A DNA stretch of 64,000 nucleotides from Candidatus Dojkabacteria bacterium (GTDB lineage Bacteria; Patescibacteriota; Dojkabacteria; J137), in the NCBI GenBank assembly GCA_040006935.1, contig JBDTVZ010000001.1, positions 231,772-295,771 of the forward strand. Direction: 5' to 3'. Position numbers and translations under genes: made by a program. Below are positions 1 to 10,100 of this stretch, piece after piece. The notes below the pieces were generated by a model. That model did no database searches, was not told where the DNA came from, and worked only from the letters and a program-made list of their open reading frames with translations. The stretch's first letter is position 1. Every line of letters starts with the position of its first letter.

Positions 1-1752
1 GGAGGGGATGTTATTTCTTTCATAGGCGATTTTGGTGTTGGAGATTATAACAATGATGGCTTGAATGATATAGCAATGAGCTCACAAAATGCTAATTCAT
101 TTGCTGGAGGGGTATGGGTAGTAATGTTTCAAGGTAGCTTGATAACGAATCTAGACTCAGTATTAACTGCTTATCTTGCAAATGATAATTCGACGGACGT
201 TTCAGTAACAAGGCAGACAGCGATTCAGAATATAAGAGTATTCAAAGGTAGCACGCCAATAGCAGAAGTCTCTGTGGACTTCCCAGCAAATTCTTTTGCA
301 GATAAAAATTGGGGCAGTGTTTCTGCTGATACCGATACAACTCTAGGAAAATCCTTTACCAATAGTTTATTCACGGCAGAAGGTGTTAATGGAACAGTAT
401 CACTATATATTCCAATTACATTAAGTACAGCTGGAGGCACAGTAGTAATTTGCCCTAATGCATTTTCATTATCAGAAGTAAGTTTGCTATGTCCAAATAG
501 AGTTGAATTTGCAAATGGACAAACGCAAAATGTTGCAGGCTCATCTGTTACTGTAACTCAAGAAAATATTTTGGGAATAATTTATTGGAAAGCAACTGGG
601 AATACTGCAGTAGGAGGGATATCCAAAGCACCAGTTATAGTTCCTCCTCCAGCAGGAGTTGGTAGTCCAGGTCCTACATCATTCCCAACTTCTTTCCCAA
701 CGAATTCTGGTGGTGGTAGAACTATAGACACCTCAGAAGATTTACCAGTTAATACAGGAAAAATTAATCCAGATATTATAGATATTTCAATGAATATCCT
801 AAAGAACGAAGCAGTGAGAGTTGCTCCCGAAGTATTATTAGGAGCTTTAGCAGTTGCATATATTTTTTCAATAGGTGCAATTACACTTGGAGTTTTTGGA
901 TTAGGTGGAACGCATTTTGGATTAGATTTATTTTTAAATATTCTGAGAATTTTAGGATTATTACCTAAGAAAAGGAAACAGGGTTATGTTTATAGTACAG
1001 ATAGCAAGAATGGTATTTCCCTGGCATTAGTGGATATTATTGATGCACGAAGCAATAGGTATATTTCCTCGATGATTACAGATTTCGATGGTTCTTATTA
1101 CGAACCATATTTAGAAAAAGGTAGTTACTTATTTAAAGCAAGACAAGCTGAGTATAGTTTCCCAACTCAAAATCAAAGGCCTGCGGGGCTTTCCGTTTAT
1201 GATTACTATAAAGGAGAAAATGTTGCAGTAATTACAGATCGAGTAGAGCAAGCAATTGTAGTACCTATGGATCAACATGAACAATGGATGACTTCCCAGC
1301 AAGGTAAAGATTCTACAAATATATTCTGGATTCAAATAATAAATGTATTGAATTGGTTTGTAATACCTTTCTGGGTTTTATCTGTTCTAGTTGCATTAAC
1401 TAACCCAGATACTTTCAATATTATAATTGCAGCATTCTATACAATATTAATTTTATTCAGAGTTAAAGATCTATTAAAAAGACCAAGCCTAAATGGAATA
1501 GTCACTAATAGAATGAATGGAAACCCTGTGCATGGTGCCGTTGTACAACTTAAAGATAGAGATGGTCAATTGATAGGAATTAGTAGAAGTGACAAAAAAG
1601 GAGAATATGAATTTTTTGTCCCAAGAGGAAAATATTCACTATTTATAAGTTCCGATGGATATATTAGTGGAGAAGGTATTGGAAGTTCTATCCGACAAGT
1701 CAATTTAGGCGAAATACATTCGCAAGATTTTAATTTAACTCCAGTTGTTTAA
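1..1752 (+). CDS. 3' part of large membrane-anchored surface protein (FG-GAP repeat, Pro/Thr linker, TM helices, carboxypeptidase-regulatory-like beta-sandwich domains); starts upstream of window
   Basis: Frame 1 is open from base 1 (GGDVISFIGDFGVGDYNNDGLNDIAM = FG-GAP-like); C-terminal G-x-V...PV-x-GA-x-V-x-L...SD-x-x-G-x-Y pattern; hydrophobic segments. Confidence 0.7.
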   Translation, partial: GGDVISFIGDFGVGDYNNDGLNDIAMSSQNANSFAGGVWVVMFQGSLITNLDSVLTAYLANDNSTDVSVTRQTAIQNIRVFKGSTPIAEVSVDFPANSFADKNWGSVSADTDTTLGKSFTNSLFTAEGVNGTVSLYIPITLSTAGGTVVICPNAFSLSEVSLLCPNRVEFANGQTQNVAGSSVTVTQENILGIIYWKATGNTAVGGISKAPVIVPPPAGVGSPGPTSFPTSFPTNSGGGRTIDTSEDLPVNTGKINPDIIDISMNILKNEAVRVAPEVLLGALAVAYIFSIGAITLGVFGLGGTHFGLDLFLNILRILGLLPKKRKQGYVYSTDSKNGISLALVDIIDARSNRYISSMITDFDGSYYEPYLEKGSYLFKARQAEYSFPTQNQRPAGLSVYDYYKGENVAVITDRVEQAIVVPMDQHEQWMTSQQGKDSTNIFWIQIINVLNWFVIPFWVLSVLVALTNPDTFNIIIAAFYTILILFRVKDLLKRPSLNGIVTNRMNGNPVHGAVVQLKDRDGQLIGISRSDKKGEYEFFVPRGKYSLFISSDGYISGEGIGSSIRQVNLGEIHSQDFNLTPVV

Positions 1753-1788
1753 TAGTATAATCATCAAAATAATTATTAAGCAATTAAT

Positions 1789-2778
1789 ATGAAAATTAAA
1801 ATCACAGAATTAGAAAATCTAGTACACAAAGCTATTCTTAAATATGGTTATTCAGAAAAAGAAACTAATGTAATACAAGAAATTTTAATATTTGCTCAAC
1901 TCAGAGGAAATAATCAAGGAGTTGTGAAGTTAATAGGAAAAGGAATTCCTAAGAGAGAAATAGCAGCAAAACCAAAGATAATTAAAGAAACTCTAGTTTC
2001 TGCACTTGTAGATGGAAATGCTACACATGCAATGATTGTTATGGACTATTTAGTAGATCTTGCAGTTGAAAAAGCTAGGAAATCCGGAATAGGAATTGCA
2101 GGAAATTTCAATACATCAGAATCTACCGGAGCATTAGGATATTATGTAAATAAGATTGCTGAAAAGGGGTTAATAGGCTTAGCCTTTGCATCAGCACCAT
2201 TTCAAACAACTGCACCCGAAGGTTCAAATGAAGCAAAATTCTGCACAAATCCACTAGCTTATGGAATTCCTACAGAAAAGGACCCGATCATTTTAGATAT
2301 GTCTACTTCTGCAATGGCATATTATGGATTAATTGAAGCCAAAACTGCTGGGAAAGAGGTTGCAAAAGGAACAGGTTATGATTCAGAAGGAAACGAAACT
2401 ACAAATCCCGCAGAAATTATGTCGGGTGCTCTTAAAACCTTTGGCGGACATAAGGGATCAGGTTTAGCATTAGTAGTTCAAGTATTAGCTGGAATTTTTG
2501 TTGGTTCTGAGTCTTTCAATAGTGATAGTGATAATGCTGGGAATCTAGTTATGGCAATTGATCCTGAAATGTTTATTTCTTCTGATAAATTTAAGAAAGA
2601 TGTTTCTGAAATGATTTCAAATATAAAATCTGCGAGAAAGTTACCAGGAGTAGATGAAATTCTTGTACCAGGTGAACGAGGAAATAAGTACAAAGATAGT
2701 AATATTAAAAAAGGCGAAATTGAAATTGAAGAAAATTTACTAAAAAGCTTGAGGAACCTGGTAGAGGAATTGCCCTAA
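1789..2778 (+). CDS. Ldh_2 family (type-2 malate/L-lactate/sulfolactate-like) oxidoreductase
   Basis: AQLRG, GALGYY, TNPLAYGIP, ILDMSTS, GGHKGSGL, VPGERG motifs. Confidence 0.9.
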   Translation: MKIKITELENLVHKAILKYGYSEKETNVIQEILIFAQLRGNNQGVVKLIGKGIPKREIAAKPKIIKETLVSALVDGNATHAMIVMDYLVDLAVEKARKSGIGIAGNFNTSESTGALGYYVNKIAEKGLIGLAFASAPFQTTAPEGSNEAKFCTNPLAYGIPTEKDPIILDMSTSAMAYYGLIEAKTAGKEVAKGTGYDSEGNETTNPAEIMSGALKTFGGHKGSGLALVVQVLAGIFVGSESFNSDSDNAGNLVMAIDPEMFISSDKFKKDVSEMISNIKSARKLPGVDEILVPGERGNKYKDSNIKKGEIEIEENLLKSLRNLVEELP

Positions 2779-2827
2779 AATGCCAGAAATTTTTAACAAA
2801 AACCTAAAATCCTTCTAAGATTAGGCT

Positions 2828-2906
2828 AATTTTGTCAGAAAAAAGTGAGAAAATGTCAAAATTTGTATTGCAATACATTTTTTTTATTCCTTTTTTAGGT
2901 TAGAAT
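2828..2906 (+). promoter_or_regulatory. Promoter/operator module copy 1 (TGTCA direct repeats, palindrome TGTATTGCAATACA, -10 TAGAAT)
   Basis: Near-copy at 14149-14226 with identical 23-nt palindrome-to-(-10) spacing. Confidence 0.65.
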
Positions 2907-2932
2907 CCATTAGTAAAAATTTATATACTAAA

Positions 2933-4165
2933 TTGAGATTCTGCATGAATACGAGAATAAATTTAAAAAACCTTATGAAATCACGCAAGCGATTTTTAAT
3001 TTTATTGTTAATAATTGCATTTTTTATTGCAGGTATATTATTTTTAGGTCAAAACAATCCGCAGTTTATTACAAATGAGCAAATAAAAGGCCCAGATGCA
3101 CCAGTAAACCAAAGTGTTAGCGCAGAAGATTTAAATTTAAACTTGGATAAGTCAAGAGTTCTAATGTCTCAGGATGGAAATTCCATGCTAATACTTAAGG
3201 AAATTGATGAAAGAACTTCTTCTTTAACTACAACAACATATAGCCTCACGCTAAATAATAGCAAAGGAGAAATACTCAAAGTAATAGAAGAGAATAACAT
3301 TATAAATTCCAATTTTATTGATAATAATTTTATAGCCTATCAAATTATCGGTGACAATGCAGGAATATATAGATATGATATGTTAAACAATACAAAGCTT
3401 TTAATTCAAGAAACTTCTGACACAGAAGCGTTTAAATACTTTGCCTTTCTAAACTCAGATGAATATTTGCGCATTCAACCAAGAACTGGACAGGTTGGTT
3501 TAGTGAAAATATCTATTGGAGCAGATTTCCCATTAGGAGAGAAAGTGATTCCTACATTAGGAAGTTATTCTTCAACAAGTGCTTATTCTTGGCCAGCAGC
3601 ATCACCAGATAGTAAATATATAACTCTTCTGGATTCAGCTGGAGAAAATGGAACAGAATTAATTGTAACCTTTACTGGTAATCAAAATATCAATAAGCAA
3701 TACTTAAACATACCCATTGGCAACTTCCCTAGCCAATTAGCAAGTAATGACGCACCCATAAGCTGGAGTTCGGATAGCAAAATATTAATATTAGGCTATT
3801 TTGGAATTGCAGTAAATCTTGAGGATAAGTCTATTATTTATAATGCTGGTAGTAACACCTTTGGAATGAAATTATCTCCTGATAATACGTTATTATTAGT
3901 AAATAAAACGGAAGCACCTACAATAGAGAGCTTTGATAACAAACAAGCTTATAATTTACCTCCATATATTTCCGATTTCGGTTGGTTAAGTAATAAGTAT
4001 GCAATTTTAGTAATAGGGCAAAACTTATATTTATATAATATTTCTAATAGTGAACTCACAAAAGTTATCGAAGATATTGCAGATTTCCAGATAGTACATA
4101 CTGATGGGAATGGGAATGCTGTTATAAAAAAAGATTCTACTTTATTAAAAGTTACAACAATATAA
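2933..4165 (+). CDS. Membrane-anchored beta-propeller (TolB/WD40-like) protein; real start probably ATG 2946 or 2975
   Basis: N-terminal TM helix; SPDSKY, WSSDSK, LSPDNT blade motifs; stop lies 1 nt before the RHS start codon. Confidence 0.6.
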   Translation: MRFCMNTRINLKNLMKSRKRFLILLLIIAFFIAGILFLGQNNPQFITNEQIKGPDAPVNQSVSAEDLNLNLDKSRVLMSQDGNSMLILKEIDERTSSLTTTTYSLTLNNSKGEILKVIEENNIINSNFIDNNFIAYQIIGDNAGIYRYDMLNNTKLLIQETSDTEAFKYFAFLNSDEYLRIQPRTGQVGLVKISIGADFPLGEKVIPTLGSYSSTSAYSWPAASPDSKYITLLDSAGENGTELIVTFTGNQNINKQYLNIPIGNFPSQLASNDAPISWSSDSKILILGYFGIAVNLEDKSIIYNAGSNTFGMKLSPDNTLLLVNKTEAPTIESFDNKQAYNLPPYISDFGWLSNKYAILVIGQNLYLYNISNSELTKVIEDIADFQIVHTDGNGNAVIKKDSTLLKVTTI

Positions 4166-4166
4166 T

Positions 4167-7100
4167 ATGCTCAAGAAACTACTTATTGTTACATTTTTAT
4201 TTCTATTCTTAACTTCCACAACTGGGAAAGTTGCTGCATTCTCATTCGATCCATTTGATAAATATGGGAAATTTCTACCTTGGCTAACTAATCCATCGTG
4301 GAGAGATAACCAACAAATGGTAATCACTTCTACCCCAAATGGACATCTTTCCAACTTTGGTTATAGAGCAGTTGATTTTGCAAGAAACGGTGGGGACGCA
4401 GCTACGATAGGTATTCCCGTTTTAGCTATTTCTGATGGAGTTGTGGAGAAAGTTGGTAATGATCCTCAAGGATGGGGGAACTATGTAATACTTGATCATC
4501 AGAATGGGTACAAAACAAGATATGCACATTTAGGCCTAGTAGTATTAAATAGTAGTGATGTGGGACATGCGATTAGAAGAGGGCAGGAAATTGGGGAATT
4601 TGGAAATACTGGACGTGTTACTAGTGCAAATTTGGAATTAGAAATGATGAATTCAGCTAATGGTGCAATTGACCCTATTGCAGATGGGAGAGCTTTCCAA
4701 GGATTTATTTCAAATAGTCAAGTGAGTGTATCTTGGCAAAGCCCAATTACTAGCTTTAACCACGATCACGCCTTTGTTAAATCCACAAATGATGTAAGGC
4801 CAAATGATCCCGGGAATCCTTGGGATCCACCTGTTATAGACCCATTAGACAGATATTTACAAAATTATGGATATTTATTCCCAAGTGGAATGGTTGCAGA
4901 ACCTATCAATACTGCATTAGGATCTTTTTTACATAGAAGCAATGATTTAGAATTTAATAATCCTTCTGGACCAGAATTTAAATTTGAGAGAGTTTCTAAT
5001 TCTCCAGATCAATTTATAGGATTTAATGGTTTAGGTTGGACAAATACATTCAATATTAAAGTTCTTGCGAACCCAGATAATACTTTCTCTGTGAAATTTG
5101 AAGATGGTAGAGGAGAAAGTTTCAAAGAAGTCGATACTGACCCAAACACATACACAAGAGATTTTCAGAAACTAACTGCAGAAAGTTTAGGAACATTAGT
5201 AAGACTTGATGCAAGTAATAATTATAGATTTCAATATACATCGGGAGATAAAACAATATATCTATTCAATTCGGATAAAGGTTCTTTAGCTTGGGGAAAA
5301 ATTGAAAAAATTACTTCAGTTGATGGAAAATCTATTAATTTTATTTACGATTCAAACGGGAATTTACAAAAAGCATCTGATTCATTTGGAAATTGGATGA
5401 CATTATCTTTTGGGCAAGATAAATTACTAGACACTTTAACAGGTTCTGATGGCTCTGTAATAAATTATTCATATAACTTTGATGGTCGATTAACTTCAGT
5501 TACAAAAAATAACGGTGGTGCATGGACTTACGCATATGATAGTCAAGGACGAATTACAACTATCATAGATGCAGAAGGTAAAACAGTTGTTGCAAAAAAT
5601 ACTTACGATAGTGCAGGAAGAGTAATTGAACAAATAGATGGAAATGGTGGAACAACAAAATTAGAATATACCTCCGACGCTTCCAATAATAAGTCTACAA
5701 AAATTACAGATCCATTAGGAAATGTCACAGTTCAGCTTCATAATGCAAATAACTATTTAACTGAAGAAGATAGAGCAGATGGGACTTCGATTAAGAAAGA
5801 ATACAACGCACAAGGTAAAGTAACAAAAGAAACAAATGAGTCAGCAGTCGCAACATTATATGAGTATGATGCTAATGGCAATACTACAAAGGAAACTCAT
5901 GCTGATGGTTATATAAAAGAAACTAAATATAGCTCACAAAATCTTCCAATAGAAATAAAAGATCCATCTGGAATTATTTCGATGGAATACAATAATGCTG
6001 GAAGAAAAACAAAAGTAACTGATCAGTTAGGTTCTGTATCTACTTATCTATATGATGCAAATAATAATTTAATAAAAGAAATTAATAATAATGGTAATGC
6101 AAAAGTATATGCATACAATGCAAATGGACACTTAGTTGAACAAAGTGATTTTTCAACTTCCTCTGATTTGAAATATGAGTATGATGCTCGAGGAAACCAA
6201 ACTAAAGTAACAGATGCTTTGAATAATGTTTCTACTTTTACATATGACGGAAGGAATCATTTAGTAAAGAGTACAGATAGTAGAGGAAGTGTGAAGACTT
6301 ATGCATACGATAGAAATGGCAACCTTGCATCCGAAACGGACGAAGCTGGTGCTGTCAAAACTTATAGAAGTGATAATAATGAAAATATTGTTGAAATTGC
6401 TTATCCAAGCCAGTACTTACAATATCCTACAAAACAAGTTGGAATATTAAATAATAGCAATACTTTAATTGATGAAAAATTTAATACTAACTTATCAAGG
6501 TGGGATGTTTCAAATAGTAATGTGCAAATTATTGGGAAAACTTTATTAACTAAAAATAAAACAACAGACTCTAAAATATATTCAGTGTGGTTAGAACCAA
6601 AGCTTGATCAAGAGTATTGGTTATCTGCTTTGTATAAAACTGCCAATGCTACTGCTCCTCAATTTAATATTGAAATGTATGATGCAAACTTTAATTTTGT
6701 AAGGAATGCAAAACCACTGGGATTAACTTGGAATGGTGGTACTTTTGACGGTTGGGATAACGAATACCGAAATGCATTCTACTTCCCAGAGGATTTGTGG
6801 AAAGGAAGTCAGGTTTCAATTATCAAATATGCTCGTTTAATTATCACTCTACCGGCTGGAAGTAATGGAACTGAAGGTACAACTATTTTGGATGATATTT
6901 ATTTAGGGCATTTGAATAGACCAATTGCAAAAATTATTAATTACAAAGGAGGTTGGTTAGGTGAGAAAATGATTTTAGATGCAACAGGTAGTTGGGATTT
7001 TGAAACTAATATTAAGAAAGCATATTGGACAGAAATAACTGGACCTGAAGTTTCAATTAATGAGGAATCCAACAAACTTATGAGTAGTTTTGTAATTCCA

Positions 7101-10100
7101 GCGCTGGATAAAGATACTGCATTTACTTTCAGATTAATTGTAGAAGATGGGAATGGAGTTAGAAGTATTGCCAGAACAAAAACCCTTGTTATTAAAAAGA
7201 ATACATTACTCCCAACAGAACTTAATAATGTAAGTAATGAAGTTCAGGATGATTTTATTGATCCGAACGACCCAACTTCACAAATTGATACGAGCTCCCC
7301 ACCAATTCTTGTAAATGTTACAGAGCAATTTGAATACGACAAAAATAATAATCGAATAAAGTATAAAGATAAAAATGGAAATATTACTAGGTATACATAC
7401 AACAATCGAAATGAATTAATTAAAACCGATAGTTATGGAGCAGGAGTTTCAATACTAAGCTCACAAATTTTTGCCTATGATAAAGTTGGAAATATTATTA
7501 AGAAAACTGATTTAACTTCTCCTGGAATTAACCAAGATGGAAACATAACTAGATTTATTTACGATTCTTTAAACAGAATTACAGAAACAATAAATCCTGA
7601 TGGAAAATCTCAAAAAATTAAATATGACATTCTTGGAAGAGTTATCGAAAAAACGGATTTAGAAGGAAATGTAACTAAATACGAATACGATGCATTAGGA
7701 AGAAATACTAAAATGATTGATTCTAGCAATGCAGCTACCATATATAGTTACGATAGAGTAGGCAATATGATAAAAAAAATTGATACTCTTGGAAACGCAA
7801 CTATTTATGCATACGATTCTTCAGGAAGAACTAGTGGGGTAAGAAATGCTATAGGAGATGTTGCTAATTATGTTTACGACTCAGTTGGAAATTTAATTGG
7901 TCAGAGAAATTTTGCAGGAGAATTAACAATTTTATCTTACGATGGGAATAATAATCTAATTGGGCAAACAAATACATTAAATTTAAAAACAAATTTTGAA
8001 TACGATTCTCGAAATAATTTAACAAAAATTACAGATCCAAATGGAGATTATACAACCTATAATTACGATGCAATGGGAAATAAAGTTAGAGAAGTAGATG
8101 CTTTAGGACAACAAAAAAATCTGGTGTACGATAATAATGGAAACCTAATTCAATTTACTGGAGAAAATGGCGAAAGTATTAAGACAAGTTATGATGGCCT
8201 TAATAGAAAAATTGCAGAAGTGGATCAGAAAGGGAATACTGTAAAATATCAATACGATTCACTAGGTAATGTTATAAGCCAGACAGATAAAAATGGGAAT
8301 GGGACAAGTTATAAATACGATAAGAATAGAAACGTAATCGAAATTGTAAATGCACTTGGTGATAGTCAACGAATTGAATATAGTCCAAATGGAAACATTT
8401 TAAAGACTATCGATCCGCTAGGGAATGCTACAACATACAAATATAATAATTTAAATGAAAATATTGAAACAATAAATCCAATTGGTGGATCAATTAAATC
8501 TACTTTTGATTCATTAGGTCGATTGACATCAAAAACGGATTTACAAAATAAAGCTACAACATATGCTTACGATTCATTAGGAAATGTAATAAAAATTACA
8601 GATAGAATAGGGAACGAAACTTCAATTGAGTACGACAAAGTTGGGAAAGTTATAAAAGTAACAAAACCAAATGGGGCAATATCTCAAAGTGAATACGACT
8701 CAATTGGAAGACTTGCAAAAGATATTAATGCGGAAAATGGAGTTACAACTTACGGTTACGACAGTGCTTCAAACTTAATCTCTACAACATTGCCAAATAA
8801 TATTACAACTAGCTTTGGATATGATTCATTAAATAGAAAAGTCCATGAAAGTGTTGCAGGAGTTTCTAAGAGTAGTGAGTACGATTCAATTGGAAGACTT
8901 ATTAAAAGTATAGATGCTAATGGGAATCAAACTAGTTATCAATATGATTCCGTAAATAATATTGCAAAAGTTACAAATCCAAGAGGCTTTAGTACTAATT
9001 TTGAATACGACAATAATGGAAATTTAACTAAAGTCACAAATGCAAAGGGCACTGCTACAACTTTTGAATATAATGGATTAAATCTTCAAACAAAAACTAC
9101 ACAAGCAGATGGAACAACTCTATCGCAAGTTTATGATAAAGATGGAAGAGTAGTGAAAAGTATTGATCCAAAAGGAAATTCTATAGGGAATTCTTACGAT
9201 GCTCTTGGAAGAATTGTAAGTAATAAAAATCAGTTAGGAAATTCAACAAGTTATGAATTTGATGCAAATGGTAATGTAGTTAAAAAAACTGACGCGGAAG
9301 GTAACCTTACAAAGTATGCATATGATAGTTTAGATAGATTAGTCAAAGTTACAGATGCTTTAAATCACGATACTAACTATGAATATGATAATGTTGGAAA
9401 TTTAACTAAGGAGATTAATGCCAATAATAAATCGACTATAAGAAATTATAATAAATTGAATCAGTTGAAGGAGGAAACAGATCCTCTTGGAAATAAAGTT
9501 AGTTATAGCTACGATTTAGCGGGAGATTTAGTTTCTAAAGTTAAAGCCGATGGAACTGTAGTAGGTTACTCATATGATGCTTTAAATAGATTAAACACTA
9601 TTGGATTTAGTGATTCTAATCAAAATGTAAATTATGAGTATGACAATGCTGGAAATATTACAAAAATACAAAAAGGTAATAGTGTAGTTTCATTTATTTA
9701 TGATGAGAATTCAAATCTAATTTCTGCAACACAAGATGGAAATTCTACAGTTTCTTATAGTTACGATGAACTTAATAACCAGTCTCAAATTAGGTATCCT
9801 AACCAAACAATTGCTGAATTTGACTATACGGCTTTGAATCAAGTCAAAGATTTGAGCATTAAAAAGAATTCTGCAATTTCTACAACTCAATTTGGTTACG
9901 ATGCCAACGGGAATTTAACTTCTCAGGTTAATCCAAATGGGTCCCAAATTTCTAAAGATTATGATAATACAAATAGATTAACTAAAGTTTCTGATATTTC
10001 AATTACTCACGATAGCGAGGGCGTGACAAACACATCTAATATTGCAGAGTTTAATTATAGTTTAGATAAAAACGGAAATAAGTTGAGCGAAGGATTTAAG

